A stretch of DNA of 64,000 nucleotides from an uncultured Lachnoanaerobaculum sp. (GTDB taxonomy: Bacteria > Bacillota > Clostridia > Lachnospirales > Lachnospiraceae). The notes beneath the pieces are model-generated. The model was not told the DNA's origin. It was given only the letters and a program-made list of their open reading frames with translations, and did not search any database. A program made the translations under genes and the position numbers. Shown one piece after another: positions 20,297-31,769 of the stretch. Every line of letters starts with the position of its first letter. Within the stretch, counting starts at the first letter, position 1. The DNA is taken from NCBI GenBank assembly GCA_916439105.1, contig CAKAHN010000001.1:411026-475025 (forward strand). Reading direction: 5' to 3'.

Positions 20297-21702
20297 TAAC
20301 CAATACTTCCTTTCATTTCTAATTGAATGAGATTGTTCATCTCTACCGCATACTCAAGCGGCAATTCTTTTGATACATTGTCGGCAAATCCGCTTACGAT
20401 CATTGCCTTGGCATCCTCTTCACTGATACCTCTGTTCATAAGATAGAATACGGCATCATCACTGATTCTTCCGATTCTTGCCTCATGACCTACATCGGCA
20501 TCCGCACATCTGATATCCATAGCAGGGACTGTATCCGAGCGTGATATATCATCAAGCATCAAGGACTCACATGATACTGCAGCCTTTGCATTCTTTGCTT
20601 TTTCAGATACTACTACAGCATTTCTGAATGTAGATATACCGCCACCCTTTGAAATTGATTTTGTATTAATAAATGAAGATGTATCAGGCGCTGAATGCAC
20701 TACCTTTGCACCTGTATCAAGATTTTGTCCTGCACCTGCAAATGTAATTCCTGTGAACTCCATTCTTGATCCCTTACCCTTTAAAATACTCATAGGGTAA
20801 AGATATGATACATGTGAACCGAATGAACCTGAAACCCATTCAATTCTTCCACCCTCTTCCACAACAGCTCTCTTTGTGTTGAGATTGTACATATTCTTTG
20901 ACCAGTTCTCTATAGTTGAATATCTAAGTCTTGCATTCTTTCCTACATAAAGCTCCACACATCCTGCGTGAAGGTTTGCCACATTATACTTAGGTGCCGA
21001 ACATCCTTCGATAAAGTGAAGATCTGCACCCTCATCTACGATAATAAGTGTATGCTCAAACTGTCCTGCGCCCTTTGCATTAAGTCTGAAATATGACTGC
21101 AAAGGAATATCAAGATGAACACCCTTCGGTACATATACAAATGAACCGCCTGACCATACCGCACCATGTAATGCCGCAAACTTGTGGTCATTTGGCTTTA
21201 CAAGCTTCATGAAATGCTTTTGAATCATCTCGGCATACTCACCGTGCATTGCACTCTCAAGATCTGTATATACAACACCCATCTGTGAAACTTCATCTCT
21301 TACATTGTGGTATACAAGCTCAGAGTCATACTGTGCACCCACACCTGCCAGAGATTTTCTCTCAGCCTGTGGAATACCGAGTTTTTCAAATGTATCCTTG
21401 ATATCCTCAGGAACCTCTGACCACTTTGTCTTCATATGTGTATTAGGTCTTACATAAGTAACAATATTGTCGATATCAAGACCGTCTATAGACGGACCCC
21501 ATGGCGGAACTTCCATCTGATTATATATTTGTAATGCCTGCAATCTGAAATTTTGCATCCATGCAGGATCGTTCTTTTCTTTTGAAATCTGAGACACTAA
21601 CTCAGGTGTAAGACCTGCAGCTATCTTGAAGTTGTCCTTATCTTCATTTCTGAAGTCATACATACTTCTGTTAATGTCTTCTACATATGTCTTTTCCTTC
21701 AT
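20296..21702 (-). CDS. sufB: Fe-S cluster assembly protein SufB
   Basis: GVGAQYDSE, GQFEHTLI, EGCSAP, LPLEYAVEMN. Confidence 0.97.
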   Translation of the reverse strand: MKEKTYVEDINRSMYDFRNEDKDNFKIAAGLTPELVSQISKEKNDPAWMQNFRLQALQIYNQMEVPPWGPSIDGLDIDNIVTYVRPNTHMKTKWSEVPEDIKDTFEKLGIPQAERKSLAGVGAQYDSELVYHNVRDEVSQMGVVYTDLESAMHGEYAEMIQKHFMKLVKPNDHKFAALHGAVWSGGSFVYVPKGVHLDIPLQSYFRLNAKGAGQFEHTLIIVDEGADLHFIEGCSAPKYNVANLHAGCVELYVGKNARLRYSTIENWSKNMYNLNTKRAVVEEGGRIEWVSGSFGSHVSYLYPMSILKGKGSRMEFTGITFAGAGQNLDTGAKVVHSAPDTSSFINTKSISKGGGISTFRNAVVVSEKAKNAKAAVSCESLMLDDISRSDTVPAMDIRCADADVGHEARIGRISDDAVFYLMNRGISEEDAKAMIVSGFADNVSKELPLEYAVEMNNLIQLEMKGSIG

Positions 21703-22460
21703 TATTTGCTCTCCTGAATATACTTTTCAAATCCATGCTCATTGATTTCATCAACCAAAGAAGCATCTCCTGTCTTTATGATTTTTCCGTCTACCATAAT
21801 ATGTGTATAGTCAACCTTTAATGACTCAAGTATTCTTGTACTGTGAGTAATTATAAGAAGAGCACCGTCTTTTTTCTTCTGATATTCTTTGATACCGGCT
21901 GAAACTGTTCTTACAGCATCTACATCAAGTCCTGAATCTGTCTCATCAAGTATTGCAAGCTTTGGTGAAAGCATAAGAAGCTGTAAAATCTCAGCCTTTT
22001 TCTTCTCACCGCCTGAAAAGCCTACATTTAAAGCTCTGTTGGCATACTCGCTGTCCATATTTAAGACTTCCATATTCTTTGCAAGGTCTTTTTTAAACTG
22101 CATCATCTTTACTCTCTTGCCGCTTACAGACTCTACCGCATTTCTGATAAAGCTGCTGAGTGGAAGTCCCGGTACCTCAAGAGGATTCTGGAATGATAAG
22201 AACATTCCAGCCTTTGCACGCTTGTCTGCCGACTCATCAATTATATTCTTACCGTCAAATATAATTTCTCCGCTGTTTGCAACATATCTCGGATTTCCCA
22301 TAAGAGCGTAGCCTAAAGTAGACTTACCTGCTCCGTTTGGTCCCATAAGTACATGTGTTTCGCCTTTTTTAATTTCTATATTTACTCCATGAAGAATTTC
22401 CTTTAAATTCTCATCATCTTCTATGGACACTGTTAAATTATTTACATTTAATAATGACAT
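21702..22460 (-). CDS. sufC: Fe-S cluster assembly ATPase SufC
   Basis: GPNGAGKST, NVGFSGGEKKK, LDETDSGLD. Confidence 0.97.
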   Translation of the reverse strand: MSLLNVNNLTVSIEDDENLKEILHGVNIEIKKGETHVLMGPNGAGKSTLGYALMGNPRYVANSGEIIFDGKNIIDESADKRAKAGMFLSFQNPLEVPGLPLSSFIRNAVESVSGKRVKMMQFKKDLAKNMEVLNMDSEYANRALNVGFSGGEKKKAEILQLLMLSPKLAILDETDSGLDVDAVRTVSAGIKEYQKKKDGALLIITHSTRILESLKVDYTHIMVDGKIIKTGDASLVDEINEHGFEKYIQESK

Positions 22461-22548
22461 TGATTTTTCCTTTCACCTCTCCCTTGAGCTTAGGGGTAAT
22501 CTATAATAGAAAACCAGTATTCTATTAGTATATTGGAATTTTAAAGCT

Positions 22549-22575
22549 TAATTCCCAGTAAGTCAATAGGAATTA
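22549..22575. promoter_or_regulatory. Inverted repeat TAATTCC-N13-GGAATTA, putative Rrf2-family operator
   Basis: TAATTCCCAGTAAGTCAATAGGAATTA upstream of sufC, containing TTGACT on the minus strand. Confidence 0.55.
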
Positions 22576-22578
22576 AAA

Positions 22579-22602
22579 AAAAGCCCTTAAAAAAGGGCTT
22601 TT
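22579..22602 (-). terminator. gdhA terminator
   Basis: AAAAGCCCTT-AAAA-AAGGGCTTTT, with a long U-tract on the minus strand. Confidence 0.85.
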
Positions 22603-22634
22603 AAATGCTTATGTATTTAATTTTGTACAATTTT

Positions 22635-23969
<1,335 letters not shown>

Positions 23970-24048
23970 AATCTTACCTCCTAGGCTTTGTGAGTACTTT
24001 TTAATAAAGCACTCTTTAAGGTTCAAACCTTACTGTTTTATTATATAT

Positions 24049-24123
24049 AAAAAGGCAAAGACTCCCTATTTAAGCGTCTTTGCCGAATACATGTCATTTT
24101 AGCAGAATTTCTTCAAATGTCAA
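24049..24123 (-). promoter_or_regulatory. Sigma-A promoter followed by a leader terminator/attenuator upstream of gdhA
   Basis: TTGACA (24123-24118), 16 nt, extended TGcTAAAAT (to 24096), then the stem GGCAAAGAC / GTCTTTGCC with TTTTT. Confidence 0.65.
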
Positions 24124-24130
24124 GAAAAAA

Positions 24131-24774
24131 TCATAAAATATCTTCCAGTATATCAAGTGAATGAAAATGTCTGTCTATATATTTTCTTATCATAATATCC
24201 ATGTGTTTTTCAATCTCTGTCAGGGCCTCATCTGTAATTACAAAGGTAAAAAGCTTCTCAGGTTTTGAGTGTATTATATACTCCCAGGTATATATTGCGG
24301 TTTTATCCCTAAGTCCCGGCTGTATATCATACTCACCGTTTACAGTCATAAGCTTGAGCTCAAAAATTCTTCTTACCAGCCTGTTAGTATTGATTTTTTT
24401 GTTAATGCCAGCAAGGTATAATATATCAGTTTTAAGCTCTCAATATCAACCAAGGCTTCCTTTGTGTAGTAATCAAGCATTTCAAGAAAATATGTACCGT
24501 AACAAGTGCTTTCAATATCCGCACTTACCTCTTCAAAATAATTGGCAATATCCGCATTGACTATATTATAAGAATCTCTTCCCTCATACAACTTAAATTT
24601 ACCGTAGGCAAATATTCTGGCAAATCCCATCATCTGATTATTGATTCGCCTTGCCCCTTTTGCAAAGGCGTATATCTTACCTCTTTCTTTTGTAAAAATA
24701 GTCACACGTCTGTCAAAATCACCGATAGGCATTGATTTGATTACAATGCCCGTCAATTCCACAAAATCTCTCAC
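24131..24774 (-). CDS. recO: DNA repair protein RecO (frameshift near 24385)
   Basis: N-terminal OB fold GIVIKSMPIGDFDRRVTIFTKERGKIYAFAKGAR; directly follows era. Confidence 0.92.
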
Positions 24775-24775
24775 A

Positions 24776-25671
24776 TTATAAATCCTTTGGATTGTAACCG
24801 AAGTTTTTCATCTGTACATCGGAATCTCTCCACTTAGGTCTAACCTTTACCCAAAGCTTCAGATTCACTCTGCTCTCAAGCAAACCTTCTATATCTTTTC
24901 TGGCTGCAGTGCCGATTCTCTTTAGCATACTGCCACCCTTTCCTATGATAATTCCCTTATGTGAGTCTTTTTCACATACTATAGCGGCCTCAATATCCAC
25001 CATATCTCCCGATTCTCTGTAGTTAAAGGTATCTATCTCCACAGCTATACCATGAGGTATTTCTTCCTGCAAAAATCTAAGAGCTTTTTCTCTTATAAGC
25101 TCCGCAGCAATTTGCTTTATCGGCTGATCTGTGACTGTATCCTCATCATAATACATAGGTCCTTCTGAAAGATATTTAAAGATAATCTCAAGAAGCTTAT
25201 CTGTATTTGTGCCTTTCAATGCAGATACCGGCACTACCTCGGCAAATTGCATTCTGGATGAATACTTGGCAATTACCTCAAGCATATCATCCTTTGCTTC
25301 AGAGAATCCATCTTATTGATAGCAAGTATTACAGGTATATTCACACTTGATAAAATCTCAAAAATATGCTCATCACCTTCACCTATAAAGGTGCTCGGTT
25401 CTATCAGCCATAGTACCATATCCACATCTCTTAGCGTTCTTGTAGATACCTTTACCATATACTCTCCAAGCTTATTTTTTGCTTTATGTATACCCGGAGT
25501 GTCAAGGAATACTACCTGACCTCTTTCATCCGTAAATACTGTTTGTATTCTGTTTCTTGTGGTCTGTGGCTTATTTGATGTTATAGCTATCTTTTGTCCT
25601 ATCAGCGTATTCATCAATGTTGATTTTCCTACATTCGGTCTCCCTATAAGGGCAACAAAACCTGATTTCAT
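24776..25671 (-). CDS. era: GTPase Era (frameshift near 25295)
   Basis: [23 protein letters not shown] domain GIIIGKGG. Confidence 0.97.
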
Positions 25672-25682
25672 ATAATCTCCTA

Positions 25683-28656
25683 TCAATCCTTATAAAGATG
25701 TTTCACTTCTTTAAAGAGTTCCTTATCCTTTTCTATCAGATCCTCATTACCTATAGCACAGATAAGTTTATCTGAAAGCACAGCCTCAATCAGCGGTACC
25801 AAAGCTCTGATATCTTTTTCGCTTGTATTTAGAACTTCTTGTCTTTCCTTTACAAGATCCTCATGTCTTACTTTTGAATAATATGCGCTGAGCCCCCTTA
25901 ACCCTTCTCTTGAAGGTGTTAAAGGTGTATCCATCTCACTGATTGCACCTATTACGGACTTGGTCATCTCTCTGTCGTTTGCGGTAAAATTCTTTACATA
26001 GTCCACTATACCCTCGTATACCTTATTGGTATTTGAAACATTAGGATCTCTGTATGAAACAAATCCCGAGTTTCCGCTTCTTCCAAAGATAGCACTGCAT
26101 CCGTATGCACCACCCTTTACTCTGATATTGTTCCACAAATAATCATAGCTTAAAAGTACTTTCAGCACTCTTAATACTCCTGTGTATTTAAATCCGTGGT
26201 TTACGAAGTTTCCAAATCTGGCAACATAGTTTACCATTGAAGGTGTTACAAAGCCCTCATTTTTGATTTCTGTTTTTAATACAGCCTTATTTTCTTTTTT
26301 ATCTTCTGTGAAAAGATTATCTGTAAGATTTTCTATTCCTACAAATGCATTCTTGTATCCCTTTTCATCACATATGGTATGTATCAAAAGATTATCCGCA
26401 CTAAATACTGTTTTTGAGAGTCTTGAGAGGTTTTCGTAAACTCTGTCAAAATCTTTTTCAATATCTATATTCTCAAGGAAGTTAAGATAAGCAATACCTT
26501 TTGTCAGATCGTTAAACAAAAGTTCCTTTGATATATAAGAGCCGGCTCTTGTAAGTGCAGTCATATGACCTGATGATACCAGCCTATCCTTGCTTGCCTT
26601 TACCTCGGCAATTATATCCTTAACTCTCTTCTTATCCTCAAGCTTTGACATTGTAAGTATCTCACTTACAATTGAATAAAGCCATGATTCCTTACCGTAT
26701 AATACTTTTGCATTTACACTGAATACAAAGGTAAAATCAATTGGATTTGCATCAGTTGGAAATGCCTCTATAGCATATCCCACTCCACCTGAGTTTAAAT
26801 TTATATTTGTGGAAAGTGCCGCATAGCTTTGCTTCTTTGTATCGATATATCCTACTATCTCCTTTAAAAGAGCCAGATACTTAAGTTCTTCTTCATCTGC
26901 AAAATCGATATTAAAGATAAACTTCATATAATTAATTCCTGCAGTAAACACATTTGAATGAATTACAGGTATTTCTTTTCCGGATGCCTTTACACTTGTT
27001 TCTTCGTATTTCGACATCTTTACTTCTCTGCTGATATCATCTCTGTTAAGTAAAGGAATCTTTAAAAGATCCTCTTCACTTGAAGGCTCAGACTGATATT
27101 TCTTAAGCGCAAGAGTATCATCATATATCTTCTTTATTTCTTCTTTTGATAAAGTTTCTTTAAATGCTTTAAGCTTTGCCTTAAGGTCCGCATCCTTCTT
27201 TGTAGTGAGACCCTTCTTAGGTGTCATAGTAACTATCGCAGTATTTTTATTGTCCAGAAGATAATTCTGTATAAGATTTTCAAAATAATTATTATCTATC
27301 TCTTCTCTCAGAGTCTTAAAAATATTTTCAAATCTTAAATGTATTGTAGGATCGGCATCATAAAGCCATGAATCAAAGCTTGACAGTCCGTACATAAGTC
27401 CCTTCGGATATGAACCGTAGTCCGCCTCTCTTGCCTTAAACTCAAATACATTGATAGCAGCCTTTATAGTTTCCTTATCAAGTCCGCCATCTGCAAGCTT
27501 TCTTAAGGTTCCCTCTATAATAGCTAAAAACTCGGGTTTTCTGTCAAGATTTGTATTCTTTGCAGTTACCGTAAAATAAGGCATAGAGATTCCGTTTGCA
27601 TATCCTCCAAACACGTCCTCACCGATGCCTGCATCAATAAGTGCATCGGTAAGATATGCTCCGGGTGCATCTATCATCACATACTCAAGCACATGAAATC
27701 CCATTGAAACAACCGGGTCAAGTTCTCCTCCCACCAGAGTGTTCCATGAAAGATATGTCGCATTTTCTTCGCCTTGAGCCTCTGTGATAGGATATTCAAA
27801 GTTTGCTTCCTTTACACTTTCAAGCCCCTTTACTTCCTCTATCTTAGAATCCACCTCTCTGTATTCAAACTTATCAAGATATTCTTTGTCTATCCACTCC
27901 AGCTTCTTTGCCATATTCATATCTCCATAGAGATAAATATATGAGTTTGACGGATGATAATACTTTGAGTGCATATCGAGGAAATTCTCATATGTCAAAG
28001 TAGGAATAAAATCAGGATCTCCACCGGATTCCTCGCCGTAAGAATGGCCTTCAAACAATACCTTTGTTATAGACCTCTCAAGTACACTGTCCGCAGAAGA
28101 AAAAGCACCCTTCATCTCATTGTATACTACACCGTTTAGTATAATATCTCCGTTCTCATCAGGATTTCCCTTCTCATCCACTACTTCGTAATGCCAGCCT
28201 TCCTGCTTAAATATCTTCTCCTCATTGTACACATTAGGATAAAATACCGCATCCAGATAAACTTCCATAAGATTATCAAAATCCTTATCATTACAGGATG
28301 CCACCGGATAAACCGTCTTATCAGGATATGTTATAGCATTTAAAAATGTATTTAGTGAGCCCTTCACAAGCTCTACAAAAGGATCCTTTGCCCGGAAATT
28401 TCTTTGAACCGCAAAGTACTGAATGCTCCAAAATATGGGCAACTCCGGTTGAATCCTTTGACGGTGTTCTAAAACCTACCGTAAATACCTTATTATCATC
28501 ATCTGCAAGCAAGGTGAAAACTCTTGCCTTAGTCTTTTTATGCTCAAGAACTACCGCTTTTGCACTGAGCTCTTCGATATCAGATATATCTTTTATCTCA
28601 TATGCGGATAATTCTTTTATATGTTTTAACTCTTCATCAATATTATAATTTTTCAA
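25683..28656 (-). CDS. Insulinase-family (M16C, presequence protease-like) metallopeptidase (frameshift near 28390)
   Basis: HILEH inverted zinc motif, [25 protein letters not shown]. Confidence 0.93.
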
Positions 28657-28677
28657 TATCCTGCCTCCTTATTATTT

Positions 28678-29484
28678 TTACATATATCCTAAAAACTTGT
28701 ATTTCAAAATCGCAAATGTCTCTCTTAAGAGCATATGTAAGTATAGAATCTTACCGGAACTTGCACTTATAGGGTAAACTTGTGTATATCCAAGCTTTTT
28801 AGCAACCTGCATAGCTCTGAATATATGAAAATCATTTGTCAATATTCCGATTGTCTGCGGTCTGGCCTCCACCACTGTCACAGGCCCTATATCATTTCTG
28901 ATTATAAAATCCGTATTCCTTTTTATATCATCATTGTACTTATCTAAAAGAGCCAACGTATATATCAGGTTTTCTCTTGTATTGTGTGACTCCACTTCCA
29001 CAAGAATATTCTCTCTGTCTATACCTCTTTCTATAAGATAATCTGCCATTTCAAGAGATTCTATTTTTCCGTTTTTTTGCATTCCCCCACTTATAATAAT
29101 CATTGTGTAAGGATTTTCATTTATATAGTCTATAGTTTTTTCAAGTCTGTATTTTGTATCGCTTTCTTTTTTCTCAAAATCCGTCTTGGCTCCCAGGACA
29201 ACTAAAAAATCAAGTGATTTTTCATCGCTTTTAGGTATTGATAATCTTATTACCGCTACCGTTATAATAAAAATAAGAATTCCAAGAGTCGCCAAAGTAC
29301 AGACAGATACCACAGACCACAATGGAATTCTCTTATTTAGATAAAGTTTGATAAGTTTACCCAGGGCAAAAAATACAAATGCAAATACATACCATATGTA
29401 ATTTTGCAATTCCAAAAAGCCTGCCATAAAAATAACTACAGTTCCATATATCCCACATAATATACCAAGTATAAATAAAAGCAT
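28678..29484 (-). CDS. YdcF/DUF218 family protein
   Basis: VVLGA, IISGG, ESHNTREN, TNDFHIFRA; N-terminal TM helices; GGAGG RBS before MLLFIL. Confidence 0.88.
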   Translation of the reverse strand: MLLFILGILCGIYGTVVIFMAGFLELQNYIWYVFAFVFFALGKLIKLYLNKRIPLWSVVSVCTLATLGILIFIITVAVIRLSIPKSDEKSLDFLVVLGAKTDFEKKESDTKYRLEKTIDYINENPYTMIIISGGMQKNGKIESLEMADYLIERGIDRENILVEVESHNTRENLIYTLALLDKYNDDIKRNTDFIIRNDIGPVTVVEARPQTIGILTNDFHIFRAMQVAKKLGYTQVYPISASSGKILYLHMLLRETFAILKYKFLGYM

Positions 29485-29494
29485 TATACCTCCA

Positions 29495-30732
29495 TTACTG
29501 TCTTTCGGGATTATAAATACGTAATATATCTCCTTCTTCAGCCACCTGTTTGTCAAATGTCACTTTCAAAAGTTGCATAGGATGCGGTGCATTATCCATC
29601 TTCTCATCCTTTCATCTTCAATGGACTCAACACATAAAGCTATATTTTCACCGTTCTTTTTCATAATCTCCATGTTATCTCCAACAAAGAATCTGTTCTT
29701 CTGGTTGAATATCGCTCTACCCTTTTCATCTACTTCGTTTACAGTTCCTATATAAATATAATTTTTTACATAAGTATTACTGTCATAAATCTGTGTATCA
29801 CTATCCGGCTTTCCAAAGAAAAATCCGGTGGTAAACTCTCTGTAGGTACACTTTCCTATCTCAGACTTATACCATTCAAGGTTTTCTTTAAAGGTCTCAG
29901 GTGATTTTAAATAATCATCTATGGCCTTTCTGTATGTTCTTGCCACAGTTGCCACATAGAGTGCGGTCTTCATTCTGCCCTCTATCTTAAAGCTGTCTAT
30001 ACCCGCCTCTATAAGTTCCGGAATATACTCAATCATACAAAGATCTTTTGAATTGAAGATATATGTACCTCTCTCATTTTCATAAACCGGCATATACTCT
30101 CCCGGTCTTTTTTCCTCTACTACAGAATATTTCCATCTGCATGAATGAGTACATTCTCCACGGTTTGCATCTTTACCTGTAAAGAAATTGCTGAGTAAGC
30201 ATCTGCCGGAATATGACATACACATAGCTCCATGTACAAATGTCTCTATTTCCATTTGCTCCGGAATATTATCTCTGATCTTTTTTATCTCTTCAAGAGA
30301 AAGCTCTCTGGCTGTAACCACTCTTGTGGCTCCGAGCTTCCACCAGAACAGATATGTAGCATAATTTGTATTATTTGCCTGTGTAGATATATGTATTTCC
30401 ACCTCAGGCCAAACTTCCTTTGCTACTGTAAATATTCCGGGATCCGATATTATTAGAGCATCCGGTCCTATCTCTTTTAATTCCTCAAAATAACCCCTTG
30501 CCGCTTCCAAATCGTCATTATGTCCGAGGATATTGGCTGTTACATAGACCTTCTTACCTCTTTCATGGGCATATGCTATTCCTGCCTTCATATCCTCTTT
30601 GGTGAAATTCTTTGCCTTTGCTCTAAGACTGAAAAACTCACCGCCTATATATACCGCATCGGCACCGTAATCTATTGCAACCTTTAGATTTTCAAGATTG
30701 CCTGCGGGTATCAAAAGTTCTAAATTTCTCAA
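29495..30732 (-). CDS. U32 family peptidase (TrhP-like tRNA hydroxylation protein); frameshift near the 3' end (about 29610)
   Basis: ELLIPAG, HISTQAN, HGAMCMSYSGRC, NRGECTHSCRW, KIEGRMK; TTG start after AGGAGG. Confidence 0.92.
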
Positions 30733-30733
30733 T

Positions 30734-31381
30734 TTACCTCCTACTTTTGCTAAGTAAAACTCCATCTCCTATCGAAAATATCCATGATTCCAAATCTTCA
30801 TCATGTAAAAGAAGATAAATATACTCTCTCATTCTTTTATGTATAGTCTTATCTCTTTTTCTTATTGCAAAGGAAGACTCTAACAAGTCTCCCTCCTGCA
30901 AACAATTATCTGAGAAAATCATTCCTCCATCCTTCAAAAGAGCCTTCACCATGGGCAACCAGGTAATATACTGTGCCTTAGCAGCATCCATAAAAATAAG
31001 ATCAAATTTCTTATTTTCATAAACCAGACTTTCCAGTATCTGCCCTGCATCGCCCTCAATTATTTTTGCTCTGTTTTCCAGATTCATATACTTAATATTT
31101 TTTTTAGCTTCTTCCACTCTCTCAGGCATTTTTTCAATAGTTACTATATCCGCATCGGAATTTTCCAGCATAACTATAGCTGAATACCCAACAGCACAAC
31201 CTATCTCTAAAATAGACTTAGGATTTTGCATCTTCAAAATAAATTTCAAAAGATTTTCAGTGTCTCTTTTTATGATCGGAATATAATTTTCCTTGGCCAC
31301 TGACCTTATTTCTTCTACAGGCTGTGAATTAACAGGTGAAATAATGTCCAAATATTCCAAAACCTTAGGATTTGTTATCAT
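30734..31381 (-). CDS. SAM-dependent O-methyltransferase (TrmR/YrrM-like)
   Basis: LEIGCAVGYS, FDLIFMDAAKAQY; adjacent to the U32 gene. Confidence 0.9.
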   Translation of the reverse strand: MITNPKVLEYLDIISPVNSQPVEEIRSVAKENYIPIIKRDTENLLKFILKMQNPKSILEIGCAVGYSAIVMLENSDADIVTIEKMPERVEEAKKNIKYMNLENRAKIIEGDAGQILESLVYENKKFDLIFMDAAKAQYITWLPMVKALLKDGGMIFSDNCLQEGDLLESSFAIRKRDKTIHKRMREYIYLLLHDEDLESWIFSIGDGVLLSKSRR

Positions 31382-31766
31382 CTACATTATTCTCCAAAAT
31401 TCCGTCATCAATCATCTCAAGCATCTGTCTCGTTGTCTGTGATGTGTTAAAAGTATATTCACCCGCATGCATTCTGATTTCAAAAAACTTTGCCTGTATC
31501 TTAAAGGAAAACGTGTTTTCTATGACACCCTTATCAAGCAGTATATCAGCAAGTTCATCAAAATTCATACCTTCTGTTATATTCACCTGTACATTGCTGC
31601 CCGGTGGTGAATCCACACTCGAAGCATAGAATACACTATGTCCGAAATTATAGGCAAAAGGTATACCTGCTATCAATCCCAATATCAGGATATACATAAT
31701 TATTCTTCCGAAAAAAGAAGCAACTCTTCTTTTTGTTTTCCTTTTTGATGTAGTTTCTTTGCTCAT
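31365..31766 (-). CDS. Short MltG/YceG-like membrane protein (N-terminal part only)
   Basis: One TM helix, then ITEGMNFDELADILLDKGVI...HAGEYTF; occupies the mltG position. Confidence 0.7.
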   Translation of the reverse strand: MSKETTSKRKTKRRVASFFGRIIMYILILGLIAGIPFAYNFGHSVFYASSVDSPPGSNVQVNITEGMNFDELADILLDKGVIENTFSFKIQAKFFEIRMHAGEYTFNTSQTTRQMLEMIDDGILENNVDDNKS

Positions 31767-31769
31767 TTA

